A stretch of DNA of 64,000 nucleotides from NCBI GenBank assembly GCA_035652435.1, contig DASRDU010000099.1, positions 416 through 64,415 of the forward strand. The letters are read 5' to 3'. Positions 42,060 through 53,216 of the stretch are shown here, one piece after another. Within the stretch, counting starts at the first letter, position 1; every line of letters begins with the position of its first letter. Position numbers and translations under genes: made by a program. The DNA comes from Blastocatellia bacterium. GTDB taxonomy: Bacteria > Acidobacteriota > Blastocatellia > RBC074. A model generated the notes under the pieces. It was not told the DNA's origin, ran no database searches, and saw nothing but the letters and a program-made list of their open reading frames with translations.

Positions 42060-42728
42060 TCACTCGAACTGCTTTCTGAAATCACCGAGCTGCTGCTTCA
42101 GCTCTGAGACTTCCTCGCGCAGCAGCCTCACTTCCTCTTCAAGTTTCGCAATTCTTTCGTTATCCGCCTGAACCCTGATTCTGGCCGGTTCGCGCTCGCG
42201 GGCGACGGCCTCGAACTCTGCAAAGTCAGGCTTGCCCGCGAGGAGGTGTGCGTAGCGTGATTCCTTCGTTCCCGGCTGGCGCGGCAGTCGGATGATCAGC
42301 GGGTCGGGCTCTTTGGTCTCCAGTTGATTCAGCGCCGCCTCGACTTCGGCGAGGTCGCTGAAGCTGTAAAGCGACCCGGTGCGGCTGCGGATTTCGCCGG
42401 GCGTCTGCGGCCCGCGCAGCATCAGCACGCACATCGCAGCAGTTTCCGCCGGGGCCAGGCCGAATGACTTGTCGAAGATGTGGCCGTACTTCGGCACGCG
42501 GCTCTCAGACCCATGAAAAACGTAGGCCAGCTTCTTTTCGCGCAGGCTGTCGAGCCCGCGCACCACGGTCTGTTCGTCGTAAGAGACGACGGGGTCGCGG
42601 CTGGATTTCTGGTTGCACGCGTTGGTCAGCGCGTTGAGCGTCATCGGGTAGTAATCAGGCGTGCTGATCTGTTTTTCAATCAACGCGCCGATAATCCTGA
42701 TTTCGACTTCATTGAGGATGAGATCCAC
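42060..42728 (-). CDS. DUF480 (YceH/UPF0502) family protein
   Basis: N-terminal LNEVEIRIIGALIEKQISTPDYYPMTLNALTNACNQKSSRDPV block typical of YceH, with a coiled-coil C-terminus. Confidence 0.8.
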   Translation of the reverse strand: MDLILNEVEIRIIGALIEKQISTPDYYPMTLNALTNACNQKSSRDPVVSYDEQTVVRGLDSLREKKLAYVFHGSESRVPKYGHIFDKSFGLAPAETAAMCVLMLRGPQTPGEIRSRTGSLYSFSDLAEVEAALNQLETKEPDPLIIRLPRQPGTKESRYAHLLAGKPDFAEFEAVAREREPARIRVQADNERIAKLEEEVRLLREEVSELKQQLGDFRKQFE

Positions 42729-42741
42729 GGCAAATGATTCC

Positions 42742-44814
42742 TTATCGCCGGGCCGGCGGGGCAGTCATTGCCACCCGGAATCCGAGTCTGGTGAAGCTCG
42801 CGTCCCTTCTCGCTGAACTGCGGCTGGCGGAGCGGCACTCGTCGGCGTTATTGAGCCAAGACCCGCCGCGCACGACGTGGTAAGTCGGGTCGCCGTCCTT
42901 CTGCCAGGCGCTGCCGTCGGTGGGCGCGCCGGAGTAGCTGTCATGCCAGACGTCCTGCGTCCACTCCCAGACGTTGCCATGCATGTCGAAAAGTCCGAAC
43001 GCGTTGGCGACATTATAATTGCCGACGGGAACAGAACGCTGGCGGGAAGGACCTTTCGGCCCGCCCTCGTAAGGCCGGTTCCCGTCGTAATTGACCATAT
43101 CCGGCGTGATGGTTTTGCCGATGTGAAAAGGGGTCGTCGAGCCCGCGCGACAGGCGTATTCCCACTCGGCTTCGGTCGGCAGCCGGTATGTCTGCCCTGT
43201 TTTCTTCGACAGCCGGGCGCAAAATTCAGCCGCGTCCTCCCAGGTGATGTCGTCAACCGGCACTTGGGCCCCCTTGAATTTCGAAGGATCGGGATTGAGG
43301 TCACGCTGCACCTTCGGCCAGCGAGCGACTGCCAGCCACTGGGCCTGAGTGACTTCGTACTGGCCGAGCAGAAAAGGACTGACCGTGACCTCATGCTGCG
43401 GCCCTTCCTGAATCACGCGCCAGGGCTCTGAATCGGGTGACCCCATTCTGAACCGGCCGCCGGGGATCTCAATCATCGTCAGGTTCACATTCTCATTCAG
43501 GGGTTGAGTGAAAGCTCTGGCTTTATCGTTACGCTGCTCAGTGATCCTCCCTTTTTCATCAATCACGACCACGTGGAACTCGGTCATGGAAGATGTCATC
43601 CCGGGCAGGGCGGCTGCCTCGACCGCAGGCAGTGCCCTGACTGAATTTGTTGCCGACGAGCCGGAAGTGTCACCCGGAGAGGCGGCCTGAGTCGCGGTTG
43701 ATTTCGCTGCCTCGGGTGAATGCGGGCGCAGCACGACAATACCTGCTGCAACAATCAGTGTCAGCAGAGCGGCGCCGATGCCGATGAGTACCGGCAGCCG
43801 GTGATGTGTGGCCGGCCGTATTTCGGGGATGGATGTCCCGACCTGCGCCGTCGCGGCGGCGGGCTGGTTTACGGTGGTCGCCGATGAGACGTTTGTGGCG
43901 AGGGATGCCGGGCTTCCAGACAGAACTTCGGTCGCGCGTCCTGAGGGCTGACCGATGGGACTCGTGGCGGCGGATGGTTTTATTCCCTGCTTCGCCTCGT
44001 GCAGTTCACGGCGCATCATGGCAGCCGTGTCCGGGCGATGACCGGGATTCTGCGCCATCGCGCGCGCGAGTACCAGCGCTACAGGCTCCGGCACCTGCGG
44101 ATTCAGTTCGCAGGCCAGACGCATCGGATCAGGCTGCCCGCTCACCGATGCGGTCGCGCGTGTCACGGCGTCGGGCGGAATCTCACCCGTCAGCAGGTGA
44201 TAAAGGGTCGCGGCCAGGGCGTAGAGATCGCTGCGCGGGTCAGTCCCTTTCCCCTGAATCTGTTCGAGCGGCGCGTAATGCGGCGTGTACCCGCGGACGC
44301 TCAGGCTGACGAGCGGCACTCCGGCGGACGCTGACCCCTTGGCCAGCCCGAAATCGAGCAGGATGATTTCGCCGCGCGGCGTCAGCTTCAGGTTCTGCGG
44401 CTTGATGTCGCGATGCACAATGGGCGGCTCATGCGTATGCACATACTCAAGCGCGTCGAGCAGATGGTCAGCCCAGCGCAGCACGTCGTCAACCGCAAAC
44501 GGCGTGTCATTGCGCTCCTCCAGCAGTTCCGCCAGATCCTTGCCCGGAATGAACTGCATCACCAGAAACTGCCCCTCGCCTTCGGCAAAGTAGTCGGTGA
44601 CGTGCGGGAGCGACGCGTGACGCAGGCTGTTAAGCAGGCGGGCCTCGCGCTCGAACGCCTTGCGGAGAACCGTATCTTTGAAGAAGGTTTCCTTAAGCGC
44701 CACCGTGCTGCCCAGACGCTGATCCGTCGCGACATAGACGGCGCCCATCCCGCCCGCGCCGAGCTGGCGTAAAATCAGGTAACGGTCCTGCAAAAGGGTG
44801 TCTGGTGAAAGCAT
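42742..44814 (-). CDS. membrane Ser/Thr protein kinase with an extracytoplasmic FGE-sulfatase (SUMF1-like) domain
   Basis: Hanks kinase motifs ([27 protein letters not shown]), one TM helix, and the C-terminal [15 protein letters not shown]...GGSW FGE-fold blocks. The start was taken at MLSPDTLL (ATG ending 44814, AAAGAGG upstream). Confidence 0.85.
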   Translation of the reverse strand: MLSPDTLLQDRYLILRQLGAGGMGAVYVATDQRLGSTVALKETFFKDTVLRKAFEREARLLNSLRHASLPHVTDYFAEGEGQFLVMQFIPGKDLAELLEERNDTPFAVDDVLRWADHLLDALEYVHTHEPPIVHRDIKPQNLKLTPRGEIILLDFGLAKGSASAGVPLVSLSVRGYTPHYAPLEQIQGKGTDPRSDLYALAATLYHLLTGEIPPDAVTRATASVSGQPDPMRLACELNPQVPEPVALVLARAMAQNPGHRPDTAAMMRRELHEAKQGIKPSAATSPIGQPSGRATEVLSGSPASLATNVSSATTVNQPAAATAQVGTSIPEIRPATHHRLPVLIGIGAALLTLIVAAGIVVLRPHSPEAAKSTATQAASPGDTSGSSATNSVRALPAVEAAALPGMTSSMTEFHVVVIDEKGRITEQRNDKARAFTQPLNENVNLTMIEIPGGRFRMGSPDSEPWRVIQEGPQHEVTVSPFLLGQYEVTQAQWLAVARWPKVQRDLNPDPSKFKGAQVPVDDITWEDAAEFCARLSKKTGQTYRLPTEAEWEYACRAGSTTPFHIGKTITPDMVNYDGNRPYEGGPKGPSRQRSVPVGNYNVANAFGLFDMHGNVWEWTQDVWHDSYSGAPTDGSAWQKDGDPTYHVVRGGSWLNNADECRSASRSSARRDASFTRLGFRVAMTAPPARR

Positions 44815-44992
44815 ATGAACCTCTTTGATGATGGGGCAGGGGCATTGAGGAAGGAGCGATACTGCGAAAGGCCACGCAGCCACCTGCCGGATTGCAGTGC
44901 AAATCTATTCCACCCGGATCAGAAGTCAAGCGGAAAAATTATCGCGCGGCAGCGAGGCCCGGGTCAGATCCCCGCCGTCGCAGGAATGCCCG

Positions 44993-45847
44993 TCACTTGT
45001 GAACCAGATCAATCGTCATTACCAGTCTCTTCGCGCCGCCTGAAGTGTTCATGCCGACCACCGACGGCGCGGGCGCATCGGGCGGCAGACCGAGGCCGCG
45101 GTTGACGGCTTCAGATTCAGTTTCAGTCTGCCGCTGGCCGGCGTCACGATTCCGGCTGAGGCGGGAAGCCGTGCCGACGTTCGATGCCAGCTGACCCCAT
45201 AACGCCGATTCAGGCCGCCAGGGACAATCCTTTGGCGTGTTGCGGCAATGCGTCACCAGCGCGCCCCCGGATGGCACGCCCGGCAGCGGTTCGCGCGTGA
45301 CGACCAGGTAAAGCCGCTCGGTCGCGGCATTCTGATCGAAGTAAAACCAGCGGAAGCGCGGGTCGGTTTCCTGCCGCGAAGGCACTTCGTAAGGCACGTG
45401 CGCCCGGATGTGGTTGTCGCCGCCGTTCAGACGCGCGTCGGGAAAAATCATCTGCGGGTTGTTCCCGTTCTCGGTGTGGAAGACGTAAAGGAAGCCGTCG
45501 GTGTTGGCTTCAATCATCAGCCGCACCGCGTCACCGGCGTGAAATTCGCGCGACGCTTCCACGCGCACCGGGTTGCCGTCAGCATCTTTCTGGTAAAGCG
45601 TATAGCCGAGTCCGACGGCTGGTACCGGCGCAGGGGTTTTGGCCGGTTTTCCGGTGACTGGTGGTTTGTTGTGATTACCAGCAGGGGGCGCTTTCGTCCC
45701 GGCACTGCCGCCGGCCGGCTTCGTCCGCGTGATCAGAAAGGCGCCACGTGAGGTCTCCTCATCGCCGCTCTGTTGCGCCGGAAGGGCCGGCGACAGGACG
45801 GCCAGCAGAAGGAAGATCGAACTGAAGGAAGGACTGACGAATTTCAT
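44993..45847 (-). CDS. secreted DUF4384-like beta-rich protein
   Basis: Signal peptide (MKFVSPSFSSIFLLLAVLSPALPA, GGAG Shine-Dalgarno). The GFLYVFH...NNPQMIFPD motif is shared with the ectodomain of the next kinase. Confidence 0.6.
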   Translation of the reverse strand: MKFVSPSFSSIFLLLAVLSPALPAQQSGDEETSRGAFLITRTKPAGGSAGTKAPPAGNHNKPPVTGKPAKTPAPVPAVGLGYTLYQKDADGNPVRVEASREFHAGDAVRLMIEANTDGFLYVFHTENGNNPQMIFPDARLNGGDNHIRAHVPYEVPSRQETDPRFRWFYFDQNAATERLYLVVTREPLPGVPSGGALVTHCRNTPKDCPWRPESALWGQLASNVGTASRLSRNRDAGQRQTETESEAVNRGLGLPPDAPAPSVVGMNTSGGAKRLVMTIDLVHK

Positions 45848-45905
45848 GCTCCGACTCCGTGAATTGATGACCGGACAGCACACTGATGCAGATGGCGGAG
45901 GAAGT

Positions 45906-47675
45906 TCATTTGCGTTTGATGATGATGTCGAAGATCAGAGGCCCGCCGCCATCCTGCGCGGGCGCGGTGACGATTGACTGGTCACCCCGCGCCTCGACTT
46001 TCGTCGCGGCTGTTTTCGCTGAGAACTGCTTGCGAAATTCCTCCAGCTCATGCTGGTCGGCGAGACTCAGGTTCTTTCCTGCCTCAGCCGCCAGAAATGC
46101 TGGCATGGTGAGCGGTGTCTGCGAAAAGATCACAGTGAACGGTGTGGCAAAAGTATCCCTAGTGACTCCGATCCAGTTGCCGCTTCCGGCCGGAAATTCA
46201 AAATCGGTGTCAGCCTCAAGATGGTTGGTTTTCACTCCCGTTTTTTCCAGTGGTTTTGCCGTCAGGAAAGACATTGGCGCATTTTTCTCATTCGGCGCGA
46301 TGATGTAAAGATACCCACCTGCCCGCGGCGTGAAATGAAACTTGAATGACTCGCCAGCGAGCAGCGGCTGTGTTTCTCCATTGAGGCGCACACCATTGGC
46401 GGTGATCACCTGCAGGTAATATTTCATCGCCTCCACACGAGCGGGCACGGCCGAAGGCGAAGCGGCCGGCGTTGACGCGTCGGGCGGATTGCTGACCGCC
46501 TGCCCGGCACTCCAAGAGCGATACGCCAGTGTGGCCCCGACCAGCAACAGACAAAATACTGCGCCAGCTATGAGGAGAGTATTGCGCTGTCGCGGCGGAT
46601 TGGCCGTGATTATCGGAGACGAATCAGCGGGCACAGCACGATTCGTCGCGTCATTCACGACCCTTGGGCTCTGAACGACCGACGGATTCGTGGTGTCCGA
46701 TGTCGCGTGCGCTTTTGCCTGGGCGTCGGTTGATTGCATGCCGGGCTCGTGCGTCATCCCCGTCATCGGATTCGGGACAAAAGGCGTGGCCGTATCAGCC
46801 GCACTCTCATAAGCCCCAATCACGCTGAGGAATTCCTGCGCGGTCTGGTAACGCGCCTCCGGCCTCTTTTCGAGCGCGCGTGCCACAACATCCGCGAGCC
46901 TCGCCGGCACGGCGGGGTTGATCTGGTGGATGGGCGGCGGCTCGAGTTCAATGTGCCCCTTGCGGATTTCGTAATCCGAGCTGGTGGTTGAGGCCACGAA
47001 CGGCAACCGCCCGGCCAGCATTTCGTAAAGCGTCACGCCGAGGCTGTAGATGTCCGAGCGGCGGTCGAGCGGAAAACCCTGAAGCTGCTCCGGCGACATG
47101 TAGGCGACCGTGCCGGGCTGGAAGCCGGTCTGCGTCATCTTGTGTTCGCCGCCGACCTGAACGATGCCGAAGTCGGTCAGCTTCGCCCGCGCCTGCCCGT
47201 CGAGCATGATGTTCGCCGGCTTGATGTCGCGATGGACGATGCCCGTGTGGCGCGCGCCCGCTTCATCCACGTAGCTGAAGTTGTGCGCGTAATCGAGTGC
47301 CGCGAGTACCTGTCGGAAGATCCGCAGCGCCTGCGGCGGCGCCAGCACGCCCTGACGTTCCAGCAGTTTTTCCAGACTCATTCCGTCCACGAATTCCATC
47401 ACCAGATAATCGTTATCCGCAGCGTTGAAGAATTCATAGACGCGGACGATGTTCGGGTGATCGAGCTGCGACTGCACGAACGCCTCGCGCAGGAAGCGCT
47501 TGCGCAGGTGTTCGTAGGCGCGCGGGTCGTGGTCGGCGAATCGGATGGACTTGATGACGACCTCGCGCGGCAGGCTGCGGTGATGCCCGCGGTAAACCGT
47601 CCCCATCGCGCCGTTGCCCAGCTCCCCGGTGATCTGATAATTGCCAATGATCTTTCCCTGAATCATTCTTTCCAT
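45906..47675 (-). CDS. membrane Ser/Thr protein kinase with a DUF4384-like extracytoplasmic C-terminal domain
   Basis: Hanks kinase motifs (GNGAMGTVY, HRDIKPANIM, DFG), a TM helix (LLIAGAVFCLLLVGATLA), and a C-terminal GGYLYIIAPNEKNAPMSF block. Confidence 0.85.
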   Translation of the reverse strand: MERMIQGKIIGNYQITGELGNGAMGTVYRGHHRSLPREVVIKSIRFADHDPRAYEHLRKRFLREAFVQSQLDHPNIVRVYEFFNAADNDYLVMEFVDGMSLEKLLERQGVLAPPQALRIFRQVLAALDYAHNFSYVDEAGARHTGIVHRDIKPANIMLDGQARAKLTDFGIVQVGGEHKMTQTGFQPGTVAYMSPEQLQGFPLDRRSDIYSLGVTLYEMLAGRLPFVASTTSSDYEIRKGHIELEPPPIHQINPAVPARLADVVARALEKRPEARYQTAQEFLSVIGAYESAADTATPFVPNPMTGMTHEPGMQSTDAQAKAHATSDTTNPSVVQSPRVVNDATNRAVPADSSPIITANPPRQRNTLLIAGAVFCLLLVGATLAYRSWSAGQAVSNPPDASTPAASPSAVPARVEAMKYYLQVITANGVRLNGETQPLLAGESFKFHFTPRAGGYLYIIAPNEKNAPMSFLTAKPLEKTGVKTNHLEADTDFEFPAGSGNWIGVTRDTFATPFTVIFSQTPLTMPAFLAAEAGKNLSLADQHELEEFRKQFSAKTAATKVEARGDQSIVTAPAQDGGGPLIFDIIIKRK

Positions 47676-48130
47676 TCACCGACCCCCTTGTCGGTGCATT
47701 GCGGCCTTTACTTCACAGCCCCGGCGCCTGCTCCCCTGCGAGTATTATTCGCGGCGTAAGGATTGACGAGGTTGTTTCCCGGCCCGCGCGCCTTCGATCC
47801 TTTCGCCGTTCTGCCCGGCGCTCTGGCAGGTTAAGGGGTCAGTCACGATGACAAGGCGGAGTTCCAGAGGAGCGGTGGCCGGGAAAGACTGGATGACTTT
47901 CATCTGTCAGGGGCGCGGCTGATCCGGTTTGATGAACTGATCGAAAAACAATCTCGTGTGCGCAGAAGCGATGATCGCACCTGCTGAATCGGTCGAATGC
48001 CTGTTGACGGGGCGCAGTGTACGCCCGGTCGTTGCTGGCCGTCAACCACGCTCTCGTGCCGGTTTGAGTGTCAGTTGCTCTCGCACTGAGGCTTCAATTC
48101 TGTTGTTGACATGAGCAATTGGATGACGGC

Positions 48131-48222
48131 AGGGAGCGCGCCGGATCAGTACCGGGAGCGTCAGCGACCGGGTTCTTGTCAGGCGAGCGTTTGCGGGAAA
48201 CCCGGTCGCTGACGCTCCCGGT
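48131..48222. repeat. perfect 34-bp inverted repeat (CCGGATCAGTACCGGGAGCGTCAGCGACCGGGTT / AACCCGGTCGCTGACGCTCCCGGTACTGATCCGG) with a 24-nt loop
   Basis: Read directly from the sequence. It lies about 80 nt downstream of the FGE-domain gene and within the roughly 620-nt noncoding region upstream of the kinase at 47675. Confidence 0.8.
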
Positions 48223-48302
48223 ACTGATCCGGCAGCCCAATTGCAGAGGTCAAAAAATTTCATGGCACTTCGCTGACGCTCCGCGCTAAAAGGGCAAAGC
48301 GC

Positions 48303-49016
48303 TCAAAGGCAAGTCTTCACAGACATGACAACTCGAAAACCGATATCGTTAGAGCGGACGCCGGGCGCGTCGTAGTTACGAAAGGCAGAGCGACAATCCC
48401 TACTAAAGCCAAAAAGATGCCACGAACCGCCCCGCAACATCCGGTATGATTGGTTGCCCTCGCTTATCCACGCGCTACCATCAGTCGGCGCGCCAATGTA
48501 GTTATCATGCCGCACATCCTGACACCATTCCCACACATTGCCGTGCAGGTCGTAAAGCCCGAAAGCATTGGCCACACCCAGACTCCCCACATCAACTGTC
48601 TTTTGGCCATTGTAATTAGCAATCTCCGGCGTGATTGTTTCGCCAAAAGCAAAGGGCGTCGTCGTTCCGGCACGACAGACATATTCCCATTCCGCTTCAC
48701 TCGGCAGGCGGAAGTTTTTGCCGGACTTTTTTGACAAGCGCGCACAGAATTCCACTGCTTTGTGCCAGGAAACCACTTCGATAGGCAGATTCTTTCCCCT
48801 GAAGCCCGACGATGGATCAGGATCAAGGTCCGCCGTTACTTTTGGCAAGGCTGCTACCGCCTGCCACTGCGCCTGCGTTATCTGGTATTTGCCCATGAAA
48901 AAATCCGGCACTATGACCTGATACTGTGGGCCTTCCCTTCCAAGACGCCCTGTTTCGCTCGATGGTGAGCCCATCATAAACACGCCGCCGGGAATAGCGA
49001 CCATTTCCAGCATCAC
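48303..49016 (-). CDS. stand-alone FGE-sulfatase domain protein with no signal peptide or TM; probable truncated paralog of the kinase-FGE gene
   Basis: FGE blocks ([16 protein letters not shown]...HGNVWEW...RGGSW) nearly identical to the ectodomain of the 42742-44814 kinase. It starts at a GTG-ATG pair at 49011-49016. In-frame codons up to about 49190 are homologous to the kinase's pre-FGE linker. Confidence 0.65.
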   Translation of the reverse strand: MMLEMVAIPGGVFMMGSPSSETGRLGREGPQYQVIVPDFFMGKYQITQAQWQAVAALPKVTADLDPDPSSGFRGKNLPIEVVSWHKAVEFCARLSKKSGKNFRLPSEAEWEYVCRAGTTTPFAFGETITPEIANYNGQKTVDVGSLGVANAFGLYDLHGNVWEWCQDVRHDNYIGAPTDGSAWISEGNQSYRMLRGGSWHLFGFSRDCRSAFRNYDAPGVRSNDIGFRVVMSVKTCL

Positions 49017-49128
49017 GCCGTTGCCAAGGTCTTCGCTGAACTGCTGGGCTGATCTGGTATGACGCGAGGTTTCCTGCGCGTGCTGATCCAGCGTGACGGT
49101 GACGAATTCAAACTGAGCATTGGCAAAG

Positions 49129-49971
49129 TCATTTGCTTCCTTTCTGCCTCCTGTCTTTTGGTTTTTTCTTTCGCTCTGTCTTTCCGCTCACTTTCTCCGG
49201 CAACTCGCCGAACTGCTCGCGGTAACGTGTTAGCATCGCTTCGAGTTCCGACGCGCGCCGCTGTGCGGCAGTGGCTTCACGCTGGGCAATCGCCAGTTGA
49301 TGCTCTGTGCTTCGCGCTTTCTCTTCGGCAGATGGCAGGATTTCGCCGTTCCGCTTCGCCCAACGCAGCCAGGTTGACTGAACTCCCTGAAACTCGCCTT
49401 CCGCGCGAGTCAGCATCAGTCCCGTCTGCTGACTGAACAGATTGCTATTCCGGTCGGGCGGGATTGGTTGGTACTTCCCACTTTCGAGCTGGAACCCGAC
49501 CAGTTCAAAACTGAACGGGTCATAGCAGAAATATTCCGGCACGCGCACGCGATCCTGATAAATCAGCTTCTTCTCGTTGAGGTCATAATCCGCCGTCGAG
49601 TCCGAGAGCAGTTCGATGACGACATCCGGCCCCTTGCCTTCCTGCCAGATCACCCACGATTTGTGTTCGCGGCGGGGAACATTGAGTACCAGGAAAAAAT
49701 CGGGGCCGGTGAAATCATTCTTCTTTTGCTGCTCGACGTTGTAATAGACAAACATATTGCCGCCCACGTAAAAATCATCGCGGTCGGCCCAGTGCAGTTC
49801 CAGCGATTCGATCAGCAGGTTCATCTGCTGGCGGTGGCGGGGCGTTTCCATTGGCTTTCCATCGTCGTAAGGGAGTTCGTCTTCAGTTGGCGGCCAGGCA
49901 TCCAGGCCCGGTGCGACTTCAACCGGGCGTGGAGGCGACTCGGGCGGAGTAGGCAGGTTCATCTCTTCCAT
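49129..49971 (-). CDS. Uma2-family (DUF820, PD-(D/E)xK) putative endonuclease with a Lys-rich C-terminal tail
   Basis: Uma2 conserved blocks ([15 protein letters not shown]; PDFFLVL; [12 protein letters not shown]) and a coiled-coil plus [10 protein letters not shown] tail. Confidence 0.75.
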   Translation of the reverse strand: MEEMNLPTPPESPPRPVEVAPGLDAWPPTEDELPYDDGKPMETPRHRQQMNLLIESLELHWADRDDFYVGGNMFVYYNVEQQKKNDFTGPDFFLVLNVPRREHKSWVIWQEGKGPDVVIELLSDSTADYDLNEKKLIYQDRVRVPEYFCYDPFSFELVGFQLESGKYQPIPPDRNSNLFSQQTGLMLTRAEGEFQGVQSTWLRWAKRNGEILPSAEEKARSTEHQLAIAQREATAAQRRASELEAMLTRYREQFGELPEKVSGKTERKKKPKDRRQKGSK

Positions 49972-50051
49972 AATGTGCTACCTCACGAGTAATGGTTTTG
50001 ATGATGATCGAAGCCAGAGCATAGCAATTTGCTATACCATCAGCCAGCCGC

Positions 50052-51401
<1,350 letters not shown>

Positions 51402-51532
51402 AAATCTACTGGCGCTTTTCTTTCATCTGTTTGTTTACAGCATCATCTCTGACAGGCAGCGCCGGGCAGTTTGAGAAACTCTGGAAGCCGGATCGCTGGC
51501 AATTTTACGAAGGCTCGTCTTCAAATTGCGGA

Positions 51533-51949
51533 CTATTCTTTCAGCCGGCCCGCTCCCGTCAAGGTATAAAGCATGTCTGGTAAGTTTTCGCTGTTCCTCT
51601 GTGGAAAAGGATGAGAGGGCCTGTAGAAACATGGAGGTTTCTTTTTCGAAACATCTCCATAAAAATCACCCAGCACTTCGGCCAGAGCCCCATCACTGTT
51701 CAATCCAAGCCGCAGCAAAGGCTTCAAAAGAGATTTGTCTCCCTGCCTGTATAGATTGATTCCTGTTTCAGCGACTGATTCGTCATACCCCACTCTGTAA
51801 GGCCGGTAATCAGTTTCGCGCAGAATCCTGAGGAACTCCGCTCGCTTTGCTACGTCCTTGCGACTCTGGGGCAAAGCCCGAAATGCAGACGGCAGAACAA
51901 GCAGGATGATAAGAGGAGAAAGAACAGCGTTTCTCATTGATGAAGTCAT
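51533..51949 (-). CDS. hypothetical protein (possibly secreted) encoded in an AT-rich island
   Basis: ORF with a candidate signal peptide (MRNAVLSPLIILLVLPSAFRA). GC content is markedly lower than the genome and the Shine-Dalgarno is weak. No family was recognised. Confidence 0.35.
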   Translation of the reverse strand: MTSSMRNAVLSPLIILLVLPSAFRALPQSRKDVAKRAEFLRILRETDYRPYRVGYDESVAETGINLYRQGDKSLLKPLLRLGLNSDGALAEVLGDFYGDVSKKKPPCFYRPSHPFPQRNSENLPDMLYTLTGAGRLKE

Positions 51950-51984
51950 CACCGATTTCGCCAAGGATCGGGTGTCAGAAGCTG

Positions 51985-52500
51985 CTATACGGCCTTCTTC
52001 AGCACCGCAATCTGCCCGGCATGGTAGACGTTGTGCTGAATGATTCCGTGCAGCGTGTAGTAAACAGAAACGCCACTGCCCGTCGTCGGGTCGCGTTCCT
52101 CGCCGACCATTCTCTTCAGCTGATCATCGGTCAGTTCAGAGATCGCCTTCATCAGATCGTTATGGCGCCGGGTGAGTAAAGCCAGAGTATTGCTCCAGCC
52201 GGTTTCACTCGTGTCCGTGATTTCCGGCCAGTCGCCTTCGGCGGGCAGGCGGGCAGGTTTGTCCGCGAGCCTGTCAAGCACCGCGCCCTGCCACGCCGCC
52301 ACGTGCAGCACGACTTCCCAGATGCTGTGCGCGCCGGCTACGGGGCGCGCCGCGGCCTGTTCGGCAGTCACGCCGTTCAGAATTTTCATCAGCGGCGAGC
52401 CGTACCACGGGTCGCCGTCGAAAGCTCGTTTCAACTGGTCTGCGATTCTCCTGACTTCAGCCATAATTCCTCCGGGAATCTGTTCAGGCAGATGCTTCAA
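51985..52500 (-). CDS. DinB-family (DinB_2/YfiT-like) metal-dependent four-helix-bundle protein
   Basis: Conserved His triad context (HSIWEVVLHVAAW ... HNVYHAGQI). Confidence 0.75.
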   Translation of the reverse strand: MKHLPEQIPGGIMAEVRRIADQLKRAFDGDPWYGSPLMKILNGVTAEQAAARPVAGAHSIWEVVLHVAAWQGAVLDRLADKPARLPAEGDWPEITDTSETGWSNTLALLTRRHNDLMKAISELTDDQLKRMVGEERDPTTGSGVSVYYTLHGIIQHNVYHAGQIAVLKKAV

Positions 52501-52856
52501 ATTGTTTCGAGTTCAGCCGCCGTCAATTCGCCATGAACGTTCCCAGTGTTGAGAGTGCCCGCCGGCTCAAACAGCATCACGCACACCTCCTCTTCGGCCA
52601 CGGGGCGATGCTCGACTCCGCGCGGGACGATGATAAACTCGCCTTCTTCGATCCACACTTCACGGTCGCGGAACTCCATCCGAAAACGCCCCTTCACCAC
52701 CAGAAACATTTCGTCTTCGTTGTCGTGGTGATGCCAGACGAACGGCCCCTCGAACTTCACCAGCTTGACGTGCTGGCTGTTCAGTTCGCCGACGATCTTC
52801 GGCTGCCAGTGTTCGCTGAAGAGCGAAAGCTTTTGTGCAATGTTGATCTTGTTCAT
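52497..52856 (-). CDS. cupin-domain protein
   Basis: Cupin motifs G(X)5HxH...E (FVWHHHDNEDEMFLVVKG ... IIVPRGVEH). The start was taken at MNKINIAQ. Confidence 0.7.
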   Translation of the reverse strand: MNKINIAQKLSLFSEHWQPKIVGELNSQHVKLVKFEGPFVWHHHDNEDEMFLVVKGRFRMEFRDREVWIEEGEFIIVPRGVEHRPVAEEEVCVMLFEPAGTLNTGNVHGELTAAELETI

Positions 52857-53203
52857 CGTGCAAACAGTTGTCTTCGATAAAAAATCAGCATGAAGAGGAA
52901 ACCATACAGCTGCAGCAGAAAGCTGCCCATCCATATCCGAAAGAGCCAGGAACAGATTCTCCGCAGCGTTTGCCAGGGCTCGGTGGGAGGCTGATCTCCG
53001 TTGACGCCCTTCATCGTCAGGGTCAGAGCCAGAACAACGTAAATCCCGCTGACGCAGAGCCAGGTTATCTCAATAGCCTCGCGGAGAAGAATCGCACTCA
53101 CAACCCAGACCAGAGGGAATCCCAGCAGGTTCAGCATCCAGTTAAGCAGCCTGCTCCTGAGCGCCGCGTTGCCGGCCGTTGTTGTCAGTCCTGCTGCAAA
53201 CAT
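52853..53203 (-). CDS. hypothetical small membrane protein (3 TM)
   Basis: Lies between the histidine kinase stop and the cupin start with 4-nt overlaps. No family was recognised. Confidence 0.4.
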   Translation of the reverse strand: MFAAGLTTTAGNAALRSRLLNWMLNLLGFPLVWVVSAILLREAIEITWLCVSGIYVVLALTLTMKGVNGDQPPTEPWQTLRRICSWLFRIWMGSFLLQLYGFLFMLIFYRRQLFAR

Positions 53204-53216
53204 TGCTGCGCCTTCC

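Noticed and set aside
48042-48263. 73-aa minus-strand ORF covering the 34-bp inverted repeat
   Set aside because: The ORF is produced by the palindrome itself (both arms translate) and has no start context, so it is treated as a non-coding structure.
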